This document shows, in pieces, positions 1 through 8,750 of a DNA stretch of 64,000 nt. Position 1 is the stretch's first letter; every line of letters begins with the position of its first letter. The position numbers and the translations under genes were made by a program. Origin of the DNA: Picochlorum sp. SENEW3. Taxonomy: Eukaryota. The notes below the pieces were generated by a model. That model had not been told where the DNA came from and did no database searches. It saw nothing but the letters and a program-made list of their open reading frames with translations. The stretch spans positions 930,001 to 994,000 of the forward strand of contig CP120457.1 of NCBI GenBank assembly GCA_034226945.1. The letters run 5' to 3'.

Positions 1-86
1 ACGTTTATTCTTTTCTTTTTTTCATTCATTTAACATGGCAGACTGTTCATTTCGGTCCATTTTCTCATGACAATACCCATGGATTC

Positions 87-822
87 TTACAACAAAGAGA
101 CAATATCAGATTCAATATCTGCAGGGGTGGTTGTGCTTCCGTACCGCTTCACCACCTCTCCTGATCGATTTGCCAGAAACTTGGTGAAATTCCACTTGAT
201 GTCGTCTCCTAGGAGACCTCCTTGCTTTGCCTTCAAGTACGTCCATAATGGCTCTTCCTCAGGACCATTGACATCACCTTTCATCAACATTGGGAACTTT
301 GCACCTTTGCGTTCCGCGAAAGATTTGATCGATGCATTACTTCCTGGCTCCTGCCCACCAAACATGTTACATGGTTGGGCAATGACCTCAAATCCCTGCG
401 AGTTGTACTTGTTGTACAACTCCACCAAGTCATTGTATTGTGGTGTAAACCCACACTGTGACGCGACATTCACGATCAAAAGAACCTGAATTGTAGATAT
501 ACCACCCTGGTCACCCTTTATTATTGTGATTGTGACATGCCCGTTCAAACGAGGCACCACCATCCCACCTGGGTCTCCTAGAACAAGAAAACAAGGCCCG
601 TACCTTTCCTTTGAACTGACTCATGGATACATCCTTTCCGTCGATTGTCTTCACTTGGACATCATACAGAGAGTCTGGAACAGTTTTTCCACCACCGAAC
701 AAGGCCATTGTGCGAACAGACGAACGACGTGGGCCAGAGACTCTGGCTTGAGCGTTTATCTGGCTACGAGTGGTTCTCGCCACGTATTGGCGCATAGAAC
801 GCTGCAAGGATACAGACTTCAT
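87..822 (-). CDS. GPX: Glutathione peroxidase-like (Cys-type, non-selenium), probably plastid-targeted; exons 822-604, 485-87
   Basis: The GT..AG intron 603-486 joins two ORFs in frame. Motifs VNVASQCGFT, PCNMFGGQEPG and IKWNFTKFL are present. The N-terminus is S/R/A-rich. Confidence 0.93.
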
Positions 823-1031
823 CTCGTTATCAAATATATTACTTGTCAGGTATATTTTGGTACAATAAGTTGTGTGGATCGTGGAATGCGAAGAGATCGA
901 TCAAATTCCACGTACGTGCCGAGATCTCCAAATGTAAAGATCTGCCTTCCTTACAAAAGAAAACTGTTTTGATCATTGGCTCAGCTGTGCACAGGTATGA
1001 AGCATATATATTGCAAATTAGATGCATAATT

Positions 1032-1392
1032 ATGGGTGATATGGATGGAATAAAGAATGAGCGGCTAAGGCATGATGGTTTGGAGAGTTTTAGTGCAGAC
1101 GGAGACTGGGATGTGCAGAAGAAGCGTAGTCCACTGGTAATGGTTGGTACGACGGTCACACTGACACAATGGTATTATATTGATGCGAAATAATGTTTTA
1201 TTGGTGTTTGTAGGTGCACTTGTGACGGGTGGTGTGCTCATGGGTGGTTTGCTTGCTTACAGAAGTGGGAACAAAAATCTGTCACAGAGTATGATGAGAG
1301 CGCGTGTGGTTGCTCAAGGTGTGACAGTGGCACTAATGCTTGGAACCTCTGGTGCCATGGCAATGGAGAGAGGAAAACAGCATACTGCATAG
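1032..1392 (+). CDS. HIG1/RCF1-family mitochondrial membrane protein; exons 1032-1146, 1214-1392
   Basis: The spliced product SPLVMVGALVTGGVLMGGLLAYRSGNKNLSQSMMRARVVAQGVTV matches the HIG1 (Q..MR.RV.AQG.T) signature. Confidence 0.85.
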
Positions 1393-1508
1393 GTGTTTGT
1401 TACTGCAGTTGCTTCTGTACTCTTGATTACGCATTCTCCAAGAACATCAGCACTTTCTTGATCATGATGACTATTTCACACGAATAAAAATAATGTCAAT
1501 TTGACTAC

Positions 1509-1952
1509 CTATACATGGCGATTTTTACTCTGATTCGTTGGAAAATTAATGTCTTTAACACACAATATTGATGTCGCCCTTGATGATTCAGGGTGTGGTT
1601 CCCTGACACGAGCTCCTTCAATATCCGATACATCCATTGCGTCTCTCAAGAATTTGCCTTGTTCTTCCAACGGCGGTTCGTCAACAGGCCACACATAGGA
1701 TGGATCCAAGGGATTCCTGACATGGTTGCTCACCATAGGGACCCTAGGGCGGGCTCCTTGGACTTCAACTTTCACTACTTCATGGGGACTGATGTATTGC
1801 TTCGGTTCCGATCCAGTAATACCTTTTGTTGACAAGGTCCCGTGAGGTGCCGATTGAATAGGCACACCCCCGCAATCAAAGTCAATATTGCTCACATGAA
1901 AACTGTAGCTGTCAGAGTACTCTCCCCTCTTTTTCTTTCTTTGGTTTTCCAT
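1509..1952 (-). CDS. Hypothetical protein with DIEGA / RNPLDPSY-type short motifs; 5' end uncertain
   Basis: 147-aa ATG ORF with recurring GSEPK, VQGARP, DIEGAR and RNPLDPSY motifs. A polypyrimidine-CAG acceptor near 1972 may indicate upstream exons. Confidence 0.5.
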   Translation of the reverse strand: MENQRKKKRGEYSDSYSFHVSNIDFDCGGVPIQSAPHGTLSTKGITGSEPKQYISPHEVVKVEVQGARPRVPMVSNHVRNPLDPSYVWPVDEPPLEEQGKFLRDAMDVSDIEGARVREPHPESSRATSILCVKDINFPTNQSKNRHV

Positions 1953-3157
1953 GGCATACTCCTTTTTCAGTACTGAAAGAGAAAGAGTCGCTTTTGTTTG
2001 TGATTTTCCATCTGATCATGCGTCTCAAATCAGAGACATGTGGGTCATCTGTATTGCTTGGTGGTGACATGCCCCATGCTGACCACATCAATGACTTTGA
2101 CTTTGGACTTAATGTTCACTCATGACATGACTGCAGTATATGAGAGCATATACTGTCGTTAGAACACCACTCTTCGTATGTACACGTACAGAGAGGATTG
2201 CATCACGTCCTTCAAACAGTGAATGACTCTATGCACACATATGGTCCGTGTCCTCATTTGAACAAGCTGACACAGAATGGAAGTATATGCAAATATATTT
2301 TAAAGATGTACATGCATGTATATCGCATACCTAGAATACAATGGTACATTGTGTGCGAGAGGGGCACCACAGTGGTCAGAGAGCCTGGACAAGTACACAT
2401 ATATATGACGTGAGAAGACACACTATATACTGTATGGGTGTTCGAGTTGCGTCTTCTGCGACGATCAGAAAATCACGAACAGAATAGGTATGCAACCCAG
2501 AAATGTCCCGCGCAGGGAGTGGACCCACATGCAATCATGATGCTGCATGTGGGGCTGGAATGGCGGGCTATGCTATGGAGTGCATACATTGGTTTGGCTC
2601 ATGCAATAAGCGGAAAAGAAACCCTCAGGATCTGACATAGAGTCAAACTCAGTTCGCATTCTTGTAATCATGGCCACCACGGTGGGTATTTGTGTCTCGC
2701 ACCAGTCACAGTTGCACAGACTCTTCTTCTTCTTCTTCTTTTCTCTTCATGGATGTTTTCGTCAGACAACGTACTTGAATACAACGCAATCTCCACTGAA
2801 ATAAACGTATGCATATAATACTTTGATTAGAGTATTCAGATCTTGCCCACGTTGTGCACTTGAACAACAGAGGCATGCATGCCTCTGAGCAAGTCTATAG
2901 GTTCCGCTCAGACGGGTACCGAGATCTTTTCTCACATGCTCAAAAAGTTCCAACTAAAACTTGAAAAGCCGATTGGGTATCCAATCCTCGACCCAGTCGC
3001 CGCAATTTTACAATCCAAAGTTGTGTCACAATGTATCAAAATACGGAGATTACGTGTCTCCCTGTGTCCGTCATGTATGAATCGAAGCAATCGTACGAGT
3101 CTCTCGTCTAACTAATGCATCGTCGTAGTCATTTCGACTATTTGTAGCACTATTGGT

Positions 3158-3493
3158 ATGCTTAGAATCGTAAAACTTGGGGGTATTGGCGCTTTTTCGC
3201 TGATAAGCTGGTATACAATCTTGTCAACGAATTTATCGGCATCGACCCACGTGATCGTCCTTTTGGTACGCCAATATATAGAGATGTAATATTTATGGAG
3301 ATGGACCAACAGTCTTTGTCTATTCGTGCAGAGCCCTCTGATCGCCCTCGCGTTGTTGGGGATCTACCTATTGATATCCCTCATAGTTGGTGTATTGAGG
3401 TTTAAAACCGTTCCTAAAGAAGCAGAGCTTTTACAAGAAGACATTAAAAGAGCGAGAAAAGGATTGAAAGCCAAGAAAGTGTCTGTCGAGTAA
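3158..3493 (+). CDS. DPM3: Dolichol-phosphate mannosyltransferase subunit 3 (89 aa); exons 3158-3265, 3332-3493
   Basis: Not in the ORF track. The intron GTACGC..TGCAG gives MLRIVKLGGIGAFSLISWY...SPLIALALLGIYLLISLIVGVLRFKTVPKEAELLQEDIKRARKGLKAK: two TM helices plus the DPM3-type C-terminal coiled coil. Confidence 0.8.
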
Positions 3494-3495
3494 CA

Positions 3496-4356
3496 ATGTC
3501 ATACTCTGGTCGAAAGAATTACGCAAACGGGCGCATCTTTGAACTTCAACAAGGTTCTTCAGAGTTGGAGGAGATCCTGGAGAGTGCATGGTGTTACGAT
3601 TACGTCGTTCTTGTGGATTTTGCAGCCCCATGGTGTGTTCCATGCCAGCGACTCGTCCGTGTGTTTGAGAGTCTCACACAACAGTTTGAAGATACTGTTG
3701 CCTTTGTCAAAGTTGATTGTGAAGCGACTGCTGCAAACAAAGCATTGGCTGCATCTTATTCTGTAGCAGCGTATCCAACAGTGAAATTGTTCCGCGATAA
3801 GAAGGTGAAGAAAGAGATGCGTGGTCTGCAACGACGGGAACTGTTGATCCCCTTGCTACAAGAGAGCAGGGAGATGAAAGATCTTCAGAAAATAAAATCA
3901 AGAGCTGGACAACAAATGGCAGAGGAGATGGCTGATAAGATGGAGTACATGAAGGAGCACATGGAGTATGACGAGTTTCTCGAAACCTCTAGAGCTTTGT
4001 CCCTGTACATGAGAAACATTATTCTTCTGCCAGAAGAAGAAAAGTACAGGCGTATTAGAACGGAGAATCGCCACTTCCAAGGAAAAATTGGCTCGAAACC
4101 GGGAGGAGTGGAATGTATGAAGATTGTTGGGTTTGAGGAAGAGAAAGACGATGATGGTCAAACATGGCTGGTGATGAATACTGTCAGCCCCTCTCTCATC
4201 CAAGTCGCCAAACTTCTTGGCAGAGCTTTGCCGCCGTCAGTTGTTGCTCCGCCACAGGAGCCAGAGCCACAGGCCAGTACATCAGGACAAGTCTCTCCCC
4301 AGGATCTGTCACGCATGTTGGCAAACATGTTCCAAAGCAACAATAGTAGTAGATAA
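3496..4356 (+). CDS. Thioredoxin + PUB domain protein
   Basis: VDFAAPWCVPC thioredoxin motif, followed by a PUB-like segment (YMRNIILLPEEEKYRRIRTENRHFQGKI..GGVECMKIVGF). Confidence 0.85.
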   Translation: MSYSGRKNYANGRIFELQQGSSELEEILESAWCYDYVVLVDFAAPWCVPCQRLVRVFESLTQQFEDTVAFVKVDCEATAANKALAASYSVAAYPTVKLFRDKKVKKEMRGLQRRELLIPLLQESREMKDLQKIKSRAGQQMAEEMADKMEYMKEHMEYDEFLETSRALSLYMRNIILLPEEEKYRRIRTENRHFQGKIGSKPGGVECMKIVGFEEEKDDDGQTWLVMNTVSPSLIQVAKLLGRALPPSVVAPPQEPEPQASTSGQVSPQDLSRMLANMFQSNNSSR

Positions 4357-4367
4357 ATATACATGCA

Positions 4368-4650
4368 TTATAACATTCCCCTCCAAAATGAGACACCTAA
4401 ACTAGAACCATACAGCACCTTCTCATTCCTAGAATGCTCTGTAACTGCTGCAGTTGATTCAGACACAGAGTGATACCCTTGCCTCTGTTTATGCTGCACG
4501 CACATACAGTCAACCATCAGCCAATCCTCCACCCACTTTTTATGTCCATCATACCTTTTTATTTTCCTTGCAAACAACGTATACTCTGCCTCGACGTCTG
4601 ACAATTCTGCAGGCATCGCACATTCTGCGAACAGAAGCCCGTACTTTCAT
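4368..4650 (-). CDS. rpl36: Organellar (probably mitochondrial) ribosomal protein bL36 with C-terminal extension; exons 4650-4555, 4493-4368
   Basis: Spliced [38 protein letters not shown] is the bL36 zinc ribbon. The intron is GTATGA..TGCAG. Confidence 0.92.
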
Positions 4651-4899
4651 AATCTAACGATGCTACAAGCACAAGTCAGGTATCCAAATGTATTAGAGTA
4701 AAATATATCAGAATTGACCCACAGATCCGAGGTATATGACGAGGACACGCAACAACTAACGAATTAGTTTGTCCACTTCTGAACAATGGCACATGTGCCA
4801 GACACCCTTGTCCTCTTTATTTTACAAATTTGGCTTTGATACGTCTATATCATCATTAAAAGTTTGTTGATGTGATGTTTTCAGTGGACTAGATTCCGT

Positions 4900-6924
4900 A
4901 TGACTGTGGTCCATGGAACCAACGGTTCCCCTGGCAGTTGTTTCGGAAGAGAAACAAAAAGCATTCACTGCAGGGTTCGAGCATCGCAGCCGTGTGGCAT
5001 TGATGAAATAGAATGGTCCAATTTGGACATAGCAGTGAATGTAGGATCATTGCAGTTTCATGGTGGATCCAGGAATGACCTTCGTTCGGAGTCTGTACCT
5101 CGTAAGCAGAGCACGTATGTGGAAATTTCATCTGGGGGCACTGTGTTTTTTTGTCTCCTTAGATCATCACGGTGCGATATTCAAGAGAAATGTATCGTTG
5201 TGAAATTCATATCAGATCGTTTGCTGTGCCAGTCGGAGCAATTTGCTGGAGAAATAGCGCATATTTTGGGGATTAACAATCCATGTTCAAGAATTGTCCA
5301 TCAAGAGGAGGATGTCGTTGATTCAGAGTGGAATTCAGTGCGGCGTGCGGCGTCTCTGTGTGGGAAAAGATGTGACGAGTTTGTTCATTGTATGGATACG
5401 CATGTGTCGTTTCTTGTGCTGGAACATATACCAGGACTGCCGCTGAAGGATAGCATCTCTGCGGCTGTGTCTCCTGAGAGGTTGTCTGAATCGAGTCATA
5501 CGCTTGGCAAGATTCTTGCGCTGGATATGATTCTTGGAAATCCAGATAGGCTGTCGTGTGCGAGGTTATCATGGCCGGGGAACTCGTCGAATGTGGTGTT
5601 TTGTCAGAAGGGAAGATTTCAAAATCAAATTACGTGCTTTGATGCCGTTGTGCAGAGAAAGCCCCCTCATAGTCTCACGTCAGTGGAGGACGCTGCATGT
5701 GAGCAGCTCGCTGAGTTAGCATATAATGATATAGACATTGTGTTTGAAGTGCTTGAAAATGCCTTGTTTTTGACACGTATGGAGGGCTGTGATGATGGGC
5801 AAAGCATTATCACGCATGAGGCAGCAAAATCCTGCCAGCGTGGTATGATAGAGACGTTTCAGCGGGCCATGGGGCTACGAGGTATTTTTGAGATGCTGTA
5901 TCAGCAGATTGATGACTGGATTGATGAATTTGTGCAAGATATGGAGGCCAAGGAGGAGGACAGTATGTCTCCTAGGTATAATGAGAATGCAAAACCACCT
6001 TTTAGTCCCAGGAATGTGGAAAAATACAAGCACTCGGCGTCATTGATGACAAGCACGATTCGAACCATACAGAAAGAGGCTGGGAAAGATGAAGTCTTGA
6101 GTAAAAAATTGGAGGATTGGAATGTACTGCTCGGATCAAAGTGTGTTGAGTTGCGCAATGCGCTTGAAAAGTGGCAGTCTCGATCATCTGATGCTGGACC
6201 ATGTTCGAAACGTTATGAAATGACCTTGACCACGGGGTTCTTACAGGGTATACGTCCTGTGGTTGATTTATACGAATTGAAGGTCCGATTGCAGCATATG
6301 CTGCACCGACAGAAAATTCTTGGAGCTGCCTTGTCATCTGAATCTCCCAGCATGCTGTTCCACAATGTGTACATCTCAGGCGCCGTCGCAGCGAATAGCT
6401 TTCATGTTCTAAAAAACATCGGCATTACACACATTTTGAATGCCACGGAAGATCTTTTTCCTCCCGGGGATCCTCGGTCCACGTATATTGCTGATACTTT
6501 TGATGCCACACTTCGGTTGCCATTGAGGGATGACGAGGATGAGCCCATCTGGGATTATTTTGAGGAAGCAGCGCAATTTATTCAGAACTCGATCGATCAA
6601 AAGGACAAGAAGATATTAGTGCATTGCCATGCGGGTCAGAGTCGCTCATGTGCTTTGGTCATTGCGTGGTTGATCCTAAAAAGAAATCTCACCTTGAAGG
6701 ATTCGGTAATCTTGGTGCAACAAGCCCGTCCTCAAGCCGCGCCTAATTCAGGATATATGAATGCCCTCGGTAGGCTTGAAGAAAGAGTACACGGAGTGAA
6801 AACGGTCAAAGTCAAAAAGACAAAGCCAGAAACTCTGACCTGTGGATACTGCGGAAAGCCTGTTGGGCTTTCAAAAAAGACGTTGGATCTTCATGTCAAG
6901 ATGAAACATCCCGACGCTCTATAA
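4900..6924 (+). CDS. PHS1-like atypical (actin-fragmin-type) kinase + dual-specificity phosphatase, with C-terminal C2H2-like finger
   Basis: Kinase-like motifs ISSGGTVFF, LGKILALDMILGNPDRL and WPGNSSN. DSP catalytic motif VHCHAGQSRS. C-terminal CGYC-x13-HVKMKH. Confidence 0.82.
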   Translation: MTVVHGTNGSPGSCFGRETKSIHCRVRASQPCGIDEIEWSNLDIAVNVGSLQFHGGSRNDLRSESVPRKQSTYVEISSGGTVFFCLLRSSRCDIQEKCIVVKFISDRLLCQSEQFAGEIAHILGINNPCSRIVHQEEDVVDSEWNSVRRAASLCGKRCDEFVHCMDTHVSFLVLEHIPGLPLKDSISAAVSPERLSESSHTLGKILALDMILGNPDRLSCARLSWPGNSSNVVFCQKGRFQNQITCFDAVVQRKPPHSLTSVEDAACEQLAELAYNDIDIVFEVLENALFLTRMEGCDDGQSIITHEAAKSCQRGMIETFQRAMGLRGIFEMLYQQIDDWIDEFVQDMEAKEEDSMSPRYNENAKPPFSPRNVEKYKHSASLMTSTIRTIQKEAGKDEVLSKKLEDWNVLLGSKCVELRNALEKWQSRSSDAGPCSKRYEMTLTTGFLQGIRPVVDLYELKVRLQHMLHRQKILGAALSSESPSMLFHNVYISGAVAANSFHVLKNIGITHILNATEDLFPPGDPRSTYIADTFDATLRLPLRDDEDEPIWDYFEEAAQFIQNSIDQKDKKILVHCHAGQSRSCALVIAWLILKRNLTLKDSVILVQQARPQAAPNSGYMNALGRLEERVHGVKTVKVKKTKPETLTCGYCGKPVGLSKKTLDLHVKMKHPDAL

Positions 6925-7169
6925 ATAAATAAAGAAACATGTATCATTCTGTCATTTTGCATGCACACATGTTCATTTGAGACTTGCAGCATTGTAATCA
7001 CATTGTCCATGTTCATCAAGGCTGGCCCCCTTTTTCTGTCGTGTCTGGCGAATCCCGATACAGTCATTGATACATGAAAAGAGAATTCCATGAAAACCCA
7101 GAAAATCTGTCCGCAAGGATTGGTGTGCATGTCGCGAGAAACCTGGAGTCATCATCCAATGACAGGGCA

Positions 7170-7237
7170 GACTCATCATGAGGTCATGCGTCGACTCAAA
7201 AAGGTCATCTGGACTCAAAATGACTCACCGAGACTCA
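7170..7237. promoter_or_regulatory. Cluster of five GACTCA hexamers upstream of the BTB gene
   Basis: GACTCA at 7170, 7193, 7212, 7222 and 7232; the last three are spaced exactly 10 bp apart. Confidence 0.45.
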
Positions 7238-7339
7238 TTTTCAAACCTTTGGTTGAAATTATAGAAACGCCTTGTCTACCATTATTTTTAAAGTGACTAA
7301 TTAAACTTGTATTTGACAGAACTTCTCAAACTATGAGAC

Positions 7340-8641
7340 ATGACCCCTCAGCAATGCGGACTGGACTCTCTCGCGGCAGGAGCTGCGTTTTTCGACCAAG
7401 GTCACAGCTGTGGGACTCTCGACAAGAGTGAGATTCTTCTCCTGCTGGTTCAGAACATGTTCCTAAAGGCACAAGGGCTTGATGATATACCAGAACCCGT
7501 GGTGATCCGTCAAAACAATGATTTCAACATCTTCCCTTTGATTCGGCAGTTTCTCAAGGATGATTACAGGGTGAATGCTGAGAAGTTTTGGGGGATTGTA
7601 AAAAAGGCTTACAATGAGGATGATGTTTCCAAAGAAATTTGGAGGCCACGATTTCAAGGATCTCAGCTCAAGTGTTTGGGAACTGTCAGATATCCTCGCA
7701 CAGCAGAAGAGTGGGAGAGACTGCATGCTGCATTGGCAGCAATGAGCCCGGCATTGGTACCACTTGTCAACCCTGATCAAGTTGCTTCGCGGATAAAATC
7801 TTTTGTTCATGATTTCGGACAAATATGGCGATCGGAAAGACGATTCAAGTATAAAAGACAGAGAGAGGTGGATCCTGTAATTGTTGTAGATCAGAGGTTG
7901 CCAGATGATGAGCTTCAGTCTGGTCATGGACCAACAAGAGAGCAACTTCTTCCGGAAGCAGCGCCATTGCTAGACAATACGAATCAGCAACAGATAGAGC
8001 ATAATATGAGAATCGCCGAGGCAGAGCAATTCCTTTCGCAATCCGGAGAGCCTAGCCAGACTGATAGTCAGACGCTTGACAAGGGCAAAGTGATTGCGAC
8101 TCTCGTGGTGGGGGGCAAAGAATTTACAACAACAATCGGAACATTGAACAGCGTCTCTGGATCATTCTTTTCTAAACTGATACGATTTTCTGATGGAGCG
8201 AGCGAATTCTTCGTGGACAGGTCTCCTTTGATGTTTGATTTTATTCTTGACTACCTGCGTGCAGTTCGATATGCTGAGCCTACAGAGTGTTTCCCTCTTC
8301 CAGATGGCATTCATGAACTCAAATTGCTACGCAGAGAATCAATATTCTACAAAATACCAGAACTTACATTCCTTGTGGAGGATAAAATCGACAAGATGAA
8401 AATCCCCAATATTGACATTGTTGTTATTGAGACTGCATCTGTTCCCTCAGAGCAGGCTCTGAATGAAGAACTTCACATGCTCAGCAACAAAGCTGCTGCT
8501 TGGATGCAAGCCAAGGCAGAATCATTGGGTACATCGTGCGAGAAATTAGAAGTAATGTCACAAGATATACGTGTGATTGATACTGGGCCAAGCATGAAAA
8601 AAGCCCGCGTTGCCCTGACCATGCAGAATCATCATGTGTGA
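7340..8641 (+). CDS. BTB/POZ (KCTD/T1-type) domain protein with unrecognised N-terminal region
   Basis: LVVGGKEFTTTIGTL..SGSFFSKL..FFVDRSPLMFDFILDYLR..LRRESIFYKIPEL is a KCTD-type BTB signature. Confidence 0.85.
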   Translation: MTPQQCGLDSLAAGAAFFDQGHSCGTLDKSEILLLLVQNMFLKAQGLDDIPEPVVIRQNNDFNIFPLIRQFLKDDYRVNAEKFWGIVKKAYNEDDVSKEIWRPRFQGSQLKCLGTVRYPRTAEEWERLHAALAAMSPALVPLVNPDQVASRIKSFVHDFGQIWRSERRFKYKRQREVDPVIVVDQRLPDDELQSGHGPTREQLLPEAAPLLDNTNQQQIEHNMRIAEAEQFLSQSGEPSQTDSQTLDKGKVIATLVVGGKEFTTTIGTLNSVSGSFFSKLIRFSDGASEFFVDRSPLMFDFILDYLRAVRYAEPTECFPLPDGIHELKLLRRESIFYKIPELTFLVEDKIDKMKIPNIDIVVIETASVPSEQALNEELHMLSNKAAAWMQAKAESLGTSCEKLEVMSQDIRVIDTGPSMKKARVALTMQNHHV

Positions 8642-8750
8642 GTGTGTTTACCAATATATATGCCCTCGGGCTACACAATAAATAACTTTATGATACAAAT
8701 TCAATATACACGAGAGGTAAAAAAATTTCCCATCCCCATACAGACAATGA

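Noticed and set aside
87..822. Possible selenoprotein GPX
   Set aside because: The catalytic codon is TGT (Cys) and there is no in-frame TGA.
2604..2622. CAATAAGCGGAAAAGAAAC resembling the 5' end of LSU rRNA
   Set aside because: Only 19 nt with a 3-nt gap and no flanking rRNA similarity or convincing snoRNA boxes; compatible with chance.
4368..4650. bL36 lacking an N-terminal presequence but with a C-terminal extension
   Set aside because: As I recall, plant mitochondrial bL36 has the same architecture, so it is not treated as novel.
7090..7296. 68-aa ORF as first exon of the BTB gene
   Set aside because: The acceptor at 7319 is followed by a TGA (7334) in the BTB frame, so the region is better read as promoter or UTR.
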